A DNA stretch of 40,988 bases from positions 1-40,988 of the forward strand of contig CAVFXI010000021.1 in NCBI GenBank assembly GCA_963626345.1, in the 5' to 3' direction. The notes beneath the pieces are model-generated. The model did no database searches. It was not told the DNA's origin and saw only the letters and a list, made by a program, of their open reading frames with translations. Source of the stretch: Gemmiger formicilis (GTDB lineage Bacteria; Bacillota_I; Bacilli_A; RFN20; CAG-826). A program made the position numbers and the translations under genes. Below are positions 33,864-40,988 of this stretch, piece after piece; the first letter of the stretch is position 1; every line of letters starts with the position of its first letter.

Positions 33864-34710
33864 AATCAATTGCCTCCTCTACAGAAGTAAACCAATTTAT
33901 ATTATCAAATTGATGCTTGAAAAAAGTCATCTGCCTTTTTGCATAATTTCTTGTGTTCTTTTTAATTAATTCAACCTTTTCATCAAAAGGAAGTTCATTA
34001 TTAAATTCCTTATATCCAATAGCTTGAAGTGCTCTTTTATCTGCGCCATGTTCATAAAACAAAAATTCAACTTCCTTTTCTAGCCCAGCATCAATCATTT
34101 CATCAACTCTTTGATTAATTCTTTCGTATAAAATTTCTCTAGGTATATCTAATCCTATGATATGAACATCTTCATATAAAAGTTTGTTTTTCCCATTTTG
34201 ATTTAAAGATGATTTTGATTTTCCATGAATCTTGTAAATATATAAAGCTCGTAATAATCTTTTGCGATTATTAATTCCAATTTTATTTGCATCAATAGGA
34301 TCAATCATTAATAATTTTTCATATAAATCTTCATTAGTATATTCACATAAAAAATCACTTGGCATTGGCGATTCATCTTTTTCAAAATTATAATCATATA
34401 ATGCAGCTTTTAAATATAAGCCTGTACCACCAACTAAAATTAAATCTTCATTTTCATGTTCCTTTAAAAACTTTCTACAAATTTCTTGATATTTTGAAAC
34501 ATCAAAATCTTCATCAATATTCTTAAAATCATATAAAAAATATCTACCTGATTCCAATTCTTCTTTTGTAGGTTTTGCAGTACCGATATCCATTTCTTTA
34601 TAGACTTGAAAGGCATCAAAATTTACGATTTTTGCATTATAAAAAAGCGATAATTCTTCTGCAACTTTAGACTTTCCACTCGCTGTTGGACCCACAATGC
34701 AAATAATCAA
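33844..34710 (-). CDS. miaA: tRNA dimethylallyltransferase
   Basis: 288 aa with the P-loop IVGPTASGKS and MiaA core motifs. An apparent TTG start lies 8 nt after an AAGGAG. Confidence 0.9.
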   Translation of the reverse strand: MIICIVGPTASGKSKVAEELSLFYNAKIVNFDAFQVYKEMDIGTAKPTKEELESGRYFLYDFKNIDEDFDVSKYQEICRKFLKEHENEDLILVGGTGLYLKAALYDYNFEKDESPMPSDFLCEYTNEDLYEKLLMIDPIDANKIGINNRKRLLRALYIYKIHGKSKSSLNQNGKNKLLYEDVHIIGLDIPREILYERINQRVDEMIDAGLEKEVEFLFYEHGADKRALQAIGYKEFNNELPFDEKVELIKKNTRNYAKRQMTFFKHQFDNINWFTSVEEAIDYGKTIR

Positions 34711-35000
34711 ATTTCAAGCTCCTTTTTAATTTCTTCTAATAAATCATAAACTTCATCGCTAACACTTTTAAATTGAATAACTAAAGGATTTTCATTATAT
34801 TGCTTTAAAAGTTTGTAATATTCTTCTCTACTTTCATCAGAAGGATGACAATTTTGAAGATAAGAAATATGCTTTCTTAAACTTGAAAGTTCATCAGACT
34901 TCTCTATCAGTTCTTTTAACTTAATATATTCTTGAACAATTGGTTCATTGAATAAATCTTCTTTGATTTTATTTAATGATTCTTTAATTTCTTTATTCAT
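34707..35000 (-). CDS. YmcA/YlbF (RicA/RicF) family protein, short form
   Basis: 97-aa helical protein. The pattern (V..Y...K..IE.S.EL..L......LQ...) and its position directly after miaB match Bacillus ymcB(miaB)-ymcA. It is shorter than typical family members. Confidence 0.55.
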   Translation of the reverse strand: MNKEIKESLNKIKEDLFNEPIVQEYIKLKELIEKSDELSSLRKHISYLQNCHPSDESREEYYKLLKQYNENPLVIQFKSVSDEVYDLLEEIKKELEI

Positions 35001-36447
35001 TAACTACCTCACCAATTAAGAAATAAAGATGATTTTCTAAAATCTTTACATTAATAATTTTTCCAATTAACGAATCATCACCCTTAAAATTAACGACTTT
35101 ATTATTTTCAGTGTAACCTGTCATTAAATCATTATTTTTCTTTGAAACTGAATCAACCAAGACTTTATAAGTTTTACCAACCATCTCTTCTGATTTTTTA
35201 AGGAAATCTTCTTCCAAAGACTTCTTAAGTTCTGTAAATCTCTTTGATTTTTCTAAATATGGAACATCATCCTTTAATCTTGCAGCTGGTGTACCAACTC
35301 TAGGTGAATAAATGAAAGTATATGCACTTGTATAACCTACTTCTTTACAAAGCGAAACTGTATCTAAAAATTCTTCATAAGTTTCGTTTGGAAAACCAAC
35401 AATAATATCTGTAGAAAGAGCAATATTTGGTATTCTTTTTTTAATACGTTCAACCAAAGCAATATATTCTTCTCTTGTATATCTTCTTGCCATTCTTCTT
35501 AAAACTTCATTACTTCCTGATTGAACTGGTAAATGAATATATTTCATAATGTTGTCATATTTTGCCATTACTTCAATGACTTCATCTTTGAAATCGCTAG
35601 GATAAGAAGTTAAAAATCTTAGTCTAGGAATTCCAAGTTTAGCAACTTCTTCTAAAAGAGTTGCAAAAGTAACTCCAGTTTTTAAATCTTTCCCATAAGC
35701 ATCGACATTTTGACCAAGCAATGTAATTTCTTGATATCCCGAATCAACGAGCTCTTTGCATTCTTTTAAAATATCGTTTATATCACGACTTCTTTCTTTC
35801 CCCCTTGTATAAGGAACGATGCAATAAGTACAAAATTTATCACATCCATAAGTAATATTAACAAAAGCTTTAAATTTATCGTTTCTAATTGAAGGAAGAT
35901 CTTCAATAATATCTCCCTCACCACTTGAAACACAAACAACACGTTTATTTGTTTCTAAATGTTTTTCAAGAATTAAAACTAAATCTTTAATGTTATGAGT
36001 ACCAATTAAAATATCAACACATTTGAAAGTTTCTAAAACTCTATCGATAACATGTTTTTGTTCGCTCATACACCCAGAAACAATTAAAATGATGTCTTTT
36101 TTTGTTTCTTTTAGTTTCTTAACATCGCCAATCTCGCCATATACTTTATCTTCAGCATTTTCTCTAACAGCACATGTATTAAGCAAAATAATGTCAGCAT
36201 CTTTTAAATCATTTGTTCTAACCATTTTTAATGAATTAAAGATACCTGAAATATTTTCTTCATCACGATAATTTGCTTGGCATCCATAAGTTCTAATAAA
36301 ATATTTCTTACCATTTAAAAATTTAATAACTTGTTCGTTTGGAACATAATCATAATGATAAGTTTCGCTATGTTTTAATCTTTCTCTAGCTTTATTCATA
36401 CTAGGAAGATCTAAATATAAAATATCTTTACCCATTATCTTTACCAT
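34993..36447 (-). CDS. miaB: tRNA-2-methylthio-N6-dimethylallyladenosine synthase
   Basis: About 480 aa with a UPF0004 domain (YIRTYGCQANY), a radical-SAM CDKFCTYCIVP motif and a TRAM C-terminus. An alternative ATG is at 36435. Confidence 0.9.
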   Translation of the reverse strand: MVKIMGKDILYLDLPSMNKARERLKHSETYHYDYVPNEQVIKFLNGKKYFIRTYGCQANYRDEENISGIFNSLKMVRTNDLKDADIILLNTCAVRENAEDKVYGEIGDVKKLKETKKDIILIVSGCMSEQKHVIDRVLETFKCVDILIGTHNIKDLVLILEKHLETNKRVVCVSSGEGDIIEDLPSIRNDKFKAFVNITYGCDKFCTYCIVPYTRGKERSRDINDILKECKELVDSGYQEITLLGQNVDAYGKDLKTGVTFATLLEEVAKLGIPRLRFLTSYPSDFKDEVIEVMAKYDNIMKYIHLPVQSGSNEVLRRMARRYTREEYIALVERIKKRIPNIALSTDIIVGFPNETYEEFLDTVSLCKEVGYTSAYTFIYSPRVGTPAARLKDDVPYLEKSKRFTELKKSLEEDFLKKSEEMVGKTYKVLVDSVSKKNNDLMTGYTENNKVVNFKGDDSLIGKIINVKILENHLYFLIGEVVNE

Positions 36448-37219
36448 TCAATAAGTTGATTCTTTCAATCTTTATTGCCTTATTAGTTTTATCATCAAAT
36501 TCAATTATTACAGCATTAAATAAAGTATCATCACTATCTAAATATTCAAAACTTACACTTCGATCATGAAACATTGTTCTTTTAATAACTGAATTTATTT
36601 CATTACCTAAAACTGAATTATAACTTCCGCACATTCCAACATCGCTTATAAAAGCAGTATTGTTATTTAAAATCTGGTTATCCGCTGTTTGAACATGTGT
36701 ATGTGTCCCTATAACCGCACCAAGTTTATCAGAAAAATAATATGCAAATGATTTCTTTTCGCCAGTCGATTCAGCATGATAATCAACAATATGAATATCA
36801 GAATTATCATTTTCAATTAATTTAGAAATTACTTTATAGGGTTCTTCCACTTTTTCTTTCATAAAAGAAAGACCCAATACATTTGTAATTCTAATCTTTT
36901 TACCTTTGCATAAATAAACGTTAGATCCTTTGCCAGGAAACACTCTTTTAATATTCAAAGGCCTAACAATATTGTCGTTACTAAGAACATCCAAAACTTC
37001 TATATTATCTCGGTAATGATTGCCAAGAGTCATACAATCTATTGGAAGGTCGCACAAAAAATCATATGTGCTCTTATTAATCCCATGTCCATATGCAATA
37101 TTTTCTACATTGACAACTACAAAGTCACACTTGGTTTTATTTAGAACAAAGGGAAGGTTCTTTGAAAGAGCCTTCCTTCCTACTTCTGCTACAACATCCC
37201 CTACAAATAAAATTTTCAT
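36428..37219 (-). CDS. ymdB: YmdB-family metallophosphoesterase (2',3'-cyclic-nucleotide 2'-phosphodiesterase)
   Basis: 263 aa with MKILFVGDVV, VNVEN, DYHAE and GTHTHVQTAD motifs. The start shares one base with the rny stop. Confidence 0.85.
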   Translation of the reverse strand: MKILFVGDVVAEVGRKALSKNLPFVLNKTKCDFVVVNVENIAYGHGINKSTYDFLCDLPIDCMTLGNHYRDNIEVLDVLSNDNIVRPLNIKRVFPGKGSNVYLCKGKKIRITNVLGLSFMKEKVEEPYKVISKLIENDNSDIHIVDYHAESTGEKKSFAYYFSDKLGAVIGTHTHVQTADNQILNNNTAFISDVGMCGSYNSVLGNEINSVIKRTMFHDRSVSFEYLDSDDTLFNAVIIEFDDKTNKAIKIERINLLNGKDNG

Positions 37220-38781
37220 TATTTAGCTGTTTCTATCGCACGATATTCACGAATGACATTAACCTTGATTTGACCTGGGAAAGTCATTTCGTTTTCGATC
37301 TTCTCTTTTATGTCGTGCGCCATCTTAAAGGCTTGAAGATCGTCAATTTTTTCTGGAATAACCATAACTCTAACTTCTCTACCAGATTGCATTGCGAAAC
37401 ATGATGAAACGCCATCAAATCCTTTGCAAATATTTTCAAGTTGTTCAATTCTCTTGATGTAAGTTTCAAGAGTTTCACTACGAGCACCAGGTCTTGCAGC
37501 ACTTAAAGTGTCTGCAGCAGCAACTAAAACGCTAGTAAGATATTTTGGTGAACAATCTCCATGGTGAGATTCAATTGCATTAATAACAACATCGGATTCG
37601 CCATATTTTTTTGCAAGTCTTGCACCAATTTCAACATGGCTTCCTTCAAGTTCGAAGTCAGCAGCTTTACCAATATCATGGAGTAATCCAGCACGTTTAG
37701 CCATATTTTGATCTAAACCAAGTTCAGCTGCCATCATTCCACAAATTTGAGCTGTTTCTATACTATGCTCAAGTTGATTTTGCCCATAACTTGTTCTATA
37801 TCTCAATTTACCAACATAGAACATAAGTTCTTTATCCATTCTACCAATGCCAAGTTTAAATACTGCATCTTGTCCGGCTTTACGGATAACTTCATCAACA
37901 TCTTTTTGACATTTTGCAACAACTTCTTCAATTCTTCCTGGTTGAATTCTTCCATCTTTAACAAGAATTTGAAGAGCACGTGAAGCAACTTCTCTACGAA
38001 TAGGATTAAAACAACTAATAGTAATTGCTTCAGGAGTATCATCAATAATAATGTCAACTCCAAGCATTTGTTCAAGTGATTTAATATTTCTTCCTTCACG
38101 ACCAATGATTCTTCCTTTCATTTCATCGCTTGGAAGAGCAATTACGTTAACCGTATGATCAGTCGTAACTTCTTGAGCATCTCTAAACATAGCATTTGCT
38201 AATATTTGTTTTGCTTTTTCATCTGCTTCTTGTTCAGCTTCATCTTCTCTATTCTTCATGTATTGAGCAATCTCACGATTGTATCTTTCCTCAACACGTC
38301 TAAAGATTTCGGATTTAGCTTCCTCAGTTGACATCTTTGCAACTTTTTGAAGTTCATTAATAATGCTATCAATCTTGCTTTGTAAAATAGCATCTTTCTT
38401 TTTGTTTTCCTCGATACCCTTATCAATCAATGCTTCTTTTTCATCAAGAGCATTTTCTTTTTGAGTCAAAGCAGCATCTCTTTGATTAATAAGTTGCTCT
38501 CTTTGATTAAGTTTACCTTCTTGAACTACAACATCTTGTTTTCTTTCTTTGATATCTTTCTCTGCTTCTTGTTTCATCTCAAATACTTTTTGCTTTGCAT
38601 CTATTTCTGCATTTTTAATAAGATGCTCCGCTTTAATTTGAGCTTCATTTAATATTTTATCAGCGTCATGTTTTGCTTTTTTCTCTTTAAATCTTGGAGA
38701 AAACGTAAAATATAAAACGCCAATAGCAACACCTACAAATAAGCTAAGAAGAGATACAATTAATACCCAGTACCAATCCAT
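37219..38781 (-). CDS. rny: ribonuclease Y
   Basis: 520 aa with an N-terminal TM, a coiled coil, a KH domain (GRIIGREGRNI) and an HD domain (LLHDIGK). AAAGGAGA SD upstream. Confidence 0.95.
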   Translation of the reverse strand: MDWYWVLIVSLLSLFVGVAIGVLYFTFSPRFKEKKAKHDADKILNEAQIKAEHLIKNAEIDAKQKVFEMKQEAEKDIKERKQDVVVQEGKLNQREQLINQRDAALTQKENALDEKEALIDKGIEENKKKDAILQSKIDSIINELQKVAKMSTEEAKSEIFRRVEERYNREIAQYMKNREDEAEQEADEKAKQILANAMFRDAQEVTTDHTVNVIALPSDEMKGRIIGREGRNIKSLEQMLGVDIIIDDTPEAITISCFNPIRREVASRALQILVKDGRIQPGRIEEVVAKCQKDVDEVIRKAGQDAVFKLGIGRMDKELMFYVGKLRYRTSYGQNQLEHSIETAQICGMMAAELGLDQNMAKRAGLLHDIGKAADFELEGSHVEIGARLAKKYGESDVVINAIESHHGDCSPKYLTSVLVAAADTLSAARPGARSETLETYIKRIEQLENICKGFDGVSSCFAMQSGREVRVMVIPEKIDDLQAFKMAHDIKEKIENEMTFPGQIKVNVIREYRAIETAK

Positions 38782-38887
38782 AATTAAAATCTCCTTTTGC
38801 TATAAAAGTACCGTAAGCGAAAAAACTATAAAATTAACAATATATCGTTGTTTATTAAGACAATTACAATAATTAAAATATATATTA

Positions 38888-38917
38888 AGTATCTTACGAT
38901 ACTCTAAAATTATAACA
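38888..38917 (-). promoter_or_regulatory. candidate rny promoter (TGtTATAAT) followed by a 5'-proximal GTAA-tetraloop hairpin
   Basis: The minus strand reads tTGtTATAAT-tttag-AGTATC-GTAA-GATACT. The -10 is at 38909-38914 and the hairpin at 38888-38903. This implies a leader of about 120 nt. Confidence 0.4.
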
Positions 38918-38983
38918 AAGGAAATTTATATATTCTATATATAAATTACTAAAAACAAACTAAAATTTATAAAAATTAAATTA

Positions 38984-40051
38984 CTAATTCTTTTTAAAGA
39001 AATTATCGTCTAATGGTTTTGCACCATCATCAAGGGCTTTTGCAACTTTTTTGTTCAAGGCTTCTCCAGTAACAACTTCTTTTTTAAGTTTTTCAAATAC
39101 ATCAGGATTTTCAGCTAAATATAGTTTTGCAGTATCTCTACCTTGACCCATTCTATCTCCATAAACTTCATACCAAGAGCCTGATTTCTTGACGATTCCC
39201 ATTTGAAGTCCAAGATCTAAAAGTTCTCCTTCTTTTGAAATACCTTTTCCATAAATAATATCCAATTTGCAAGATTTAAATGGAGGTGCAACTTTGTTCT
39301 TTACCACCTTCACACAAACTGTATTTCCAACAAAATTAATACCTGATTTAATGGCTTCAGTTCTTCTAATATCAAGTCTAATACTTGAATAGAATTTTAA
39401 GGCTCTACCACCAGTCGTAACTTCTGGGCTACCATAAATTACACCAACTTTTTCTCTTAACTGATTGATAAAAATAACAGTACAATTGCCTTTATTCAAA
39501 ACAGCAGTTATTTTTCTAAGAGCTTTCGACATTAATCTAGCTAGCAAACCAACTTGATTATCAATCATCATTCCATCAACTTCAGCTTGAGGAACAAGCG
39601 CAGCTACACTATCAACTACAATAAGTTTAAATGCACCGGATTTTGCAAGCATTTCAACAATTTGAAGAGCTTGTTCTCCAGAATCTGGTTGGCTTAAGAT
39701 TAATTCGTCAATATTAACGCCTAAATTTTTAGCATAAGTTGGATCAATTGATTGCTCAGCGTCAATGAAAGCACATCGTCCTCCGTTTTTTTGTGTTTCT
39801 GCAATTGCAGTAAGTGCAAGGGTGGTTTTTCCACTGCTTTCAGGTCCATAGATTTCAACTATTCTACCTAACGGATAACCTCCACAACCTAAACAATCAT
39901 CGAGTAATATCGATCCACTCGATAAAACTTCGGTGTTAACTTTAGGTCTATCACCTAAAACCATAACCGAACCACGACCAAATGAGTGTTCAATATCACT
40001 CAAAACAGCTTTTAACGTATCATCATAAAGTTTTTTTGTGTCATCTTTCAT
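38984..40051 (-). CDS. recA: recombinase RecA
   Basis: 355 aa with GPESSGKTT Walker A, L1/L2 regions and canonical RecA sequence throughout. AAGGAGA SD upstream. Confidence 0.97.
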   Translation of the reverse strand: MKDDTKKLYDDTLKAVLSDIEHSFGRGSVMVLGDRPKVNTEVLSSGSILLDDCLGCGGYPLGRIVEIYGPESSGKTTLALTAIAETQKNGGRCAFIDAEQSIDPTYAKNLGVNIDELILSQPDSGEQALQIVEMLAKSGAFKLIVVDSVAALVPQAEVDGMMIDNQVGLLARLMSKALRKITAVLNKGNCTVIFINQLREKVGVIYGSPEVTTGGRALKFYSSIRLDIRRTEAIKSGINFVGNTVCVKVVKNKVAPPFKSCKLDIIYGKGISKEGELLDLGLQMGIVKKSGSWYEVYGDRMGQGRDTAKLYLAENPDVFEKLKKEVVTGEALNKKVAKALDDGAKPLDDNFFKKN

Positions 40052-40109
40052 AAAAAATTCTCCTTACACTATTAATAGGGGGGGAATTCAAAAAATTTTT
40101 AATTTTTTT

Positions 40110-40763
40110 TCAATTCTCGTAAAAAATTTTTTTATTATCCTTTAAATAAATGACTCCACCTATCAAGGAAGTAAGGGTGGTTAAATAACAAATTATATCG
40201 CTAACATGCAAATAAGTTGGCCAATTTGCATCAAAATAACTAAATGGAAAACCATTTAAAAATATTAACGAGATGGCAACCATCTGTAAAACAGTTTTTG
40301 CCTTGCCCCAATAATTTGCGGCTAAAACAACACTCTTGGTTGCTGCCATAAATCTTAAACCATCAACAACTAAGTCTCTAATAATCATCAAAACAACACA
40401 AAACCAAGGAAATTTTAATGCATCTTGTGTGCTCAAAAAATTAAGAGATAAGAAAACCATAATAGAATTTATAAGCATCTTATCCGCAATTGGATCTAAA
40501 AATTTTCCAAGATCTGTAACTTGATTATTTTTTCTTGCAAGATATCCATCTAAAAAATCAGTCAAACTTGCAATTAAAAATACAAACCAAAAAATAACCA
40601 TTAACAAATTTAAAGTTGTACTTCCTAAATTAAAATTAAAATTTGCAACGTTAATTACGTTAAATTGGTCAAGCAAATAACAAACTATTATTGCAACAAT
40701 TAAAAGTCCGCTAATAATAATTCTTGAAATAGTAATTTTTGTAGGTAAATTAATTTTTTTCAT
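40110..40763 (-). CDS. pgsA: CDP-diacylglycerol--glycerol-3-phosphate 3-phosphatidyltransferase
   Basis: 217 aa with the CDP-alcohol phosphatidyltransferase motif DFLDGYLARKNNQVTDLGKFLDPIADK. Its position upstream of recA matches Bacillus. Confidence 0.9.
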   Translation of the reverse strand: MKKINLPTKITISRIIISGLLIVAIIVCYLLDQFNVINVANFNFNLGSTTLNLLMVIFWFVFLIASLTDFLDGYLARKNNQVTDLGKFLDPIADKMLINSIMVFLSLNFLSTQDALKFPWFCVVLMIIRDLVVDGLRFMAATKSVVLAANYWGKAKTVLQMVAISLIFLNGFPFSYFDANWPTYLHVSDIICYLTTLTSLIGGVIYLKDNKKIFYEN

Positions 40764-40774
40764 AATCTTCCTTA

Positions 40775-40988
40775 ATTGAGTATTCAGTCAATAAGCCATG
40801 TTCTGTCGAGTGCAATCATTAATCTAAGATTTCTCTTACTATAAAACCTTCAGTTCGGTTTTCTAGTTTCCCCTACCAAAATTTGGGTTTCTTGCTTATG
40901 GAGTTTACCAACGTTTCATTTTGCAATTTCTCACAAATTCGTCACTGTGGCACTTTATGTTATCGAATCATGACCGAAGTTTTAGATT
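40775..40988 (-). ncRNA. rnpB: RNase P RNA (type B), 3' portion; 5' part lies beyond the window
   Basis: The reverse strand reads ...AAAGUGCCACAGUGACGAA...GGUAAACUCC...AGAAACCCAAAUUUUGGUAGGGGAA...CGACAGAACAUGGCUUAU... These match blocks I recall from Bacillus-type RNase P RNA (GUGCCACAGUGACGAA, GAGAAACCCAAAUUUUGGUAGGGGAAC, ACAUGGCUUA). There is no ORF in this region. The 3' end is estimated to within about 5 nt. Confidence 0.85.

Noticed and set aside
667-38652. About 35 short ORFs (60-100 aa) in the track that lie inside or antisense to long conserved genes. Examples are 667-879, 2769-2987, 7292-7534, 13471-13758, 14978-15431, 18219-19022, 25008-25387, 37803-38105 and 38461-38652.
   Set aside because: Each is fully embedded in a gene with clear family signatures. 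Their translations are low-complexity (S/L/F/K/I-rich), as expected from reading AT-rich coding DNA in the wrong frame. None has a convincing SD or promoter.
40078-40084. G7 (C7 on the coding strand) homopolymer in the pgsA-recA spacer, considered as a slipped-strand phase-variation switch for recA.
   Set aside because: It is not inside a CDS. I could not place it in a promoter spacer of functional length: TTGAAT is only 8 nt from TATTAAT, and no -35 lies at 16-18 nt. One G/C run of 7 in a window of this size and composition is only mildly unexpected. Checking length polymorphism in reads would settle it.
40052-40109. Search for LexA (Cheo box, GAAC-N4-GTTC) sites upstream of recA, and also upstream of uvrA at 17204-17262.
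   Set aside because: No match is present in either region, so no SOS-box feature is reported. The absence is mentioned under the uvrA palindrome finding.
1-40988. Scan for CRISPR arrays, tandem or dispersed long repeats, transposase/integrase/recombinase genes, restriction-modification or other defence genes, toxin-antitoxin pairs, tRNA/rRNA genes and compositional islands.
   Set aside because: None were seen. Every ORF above 100 aa is either a recognisable housekeeping gene in Bacillus-like synteny or an isolated hypothetical membrane or small protein. Composition looks uniform by eye. The only RNA gene is the partial rnpB.

Overview
This window is an AT-rich, very gene-dense stretch of core chromosome with about 38 CDS and one partial RNA gene. 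It most likely comes from a genome-reduced low-GC Firmicutes/Mollicutes-like bacterium, but the lineage cannot be fixed from the sequence. The standard genetic code is in use: uvrA stops at TGA inside an ATGA overlap with lgt, long ORFs stay intact, and Trp is TGG. Most genes lie on the minus strand in overlapping chains. Gene content is housekeeping. It includes peptidases (pepT, an M18 aminopeptidase), smpB, an ECF S-component, an ArsR/SmtB sensor with a P1B metal ATPase, L-serine dehydratase, whiA, a thioredoxin-reductase homologue, ppaX-like HAD, lgt, uvrA, hemolysin-III, pyruvate:ferredoxin oxidoreductase, an ABC-F ATPase and pckA. It also includes DegV with a DAK2 fatty-acid kinase, a KDG-kinase-like PfkB kinase, fhs, tcdA, miaA, a YmcA/YlbF-like protein, miaB, ymdB, rny, recA and pgsA. 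The 3' half of RNase P RNA (rnpB, type B) is at the right edge, and a truncated dCMP deaminase is at the left edge. Order matches a compacted Bacillus-type synteny (pgsA-recA-rny-ymdB-miaB-ymcA...miaA; uvrA...lgt-ppaX...trxB...whiA). I see no mobile element, CRISPR array, defence island, toxin-antitoxin pair or obvious foreign DNA, and I cannot honestly point to a new multi-gene system. Six observations seem most worth follow-up. (1) Every gene lacking a Shine-Dalgarno has a -10 hexamer exactly 6-7 nt upstream of its ATG, which suggests a sizeable leaderless-mRNA class. (2) The TrxB homologue has an intact FAD domain and CAVC site but has lost both NADPH-binding motifs. (3) Several perfect palindromes overlap core promoters; two are related to each other and sit near a small XRE regulator. 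(4) Lgt carries a roughly 190-aa N-terminal multi-TM extension. (5) A CvpA-like membrane domain is fused to a long coiled coil. (6) rnpB abuts the pgsA ribosome-binding site with no terminator between them. Small-motif coordinates were counted by hand and may be off by 1-2 nt.
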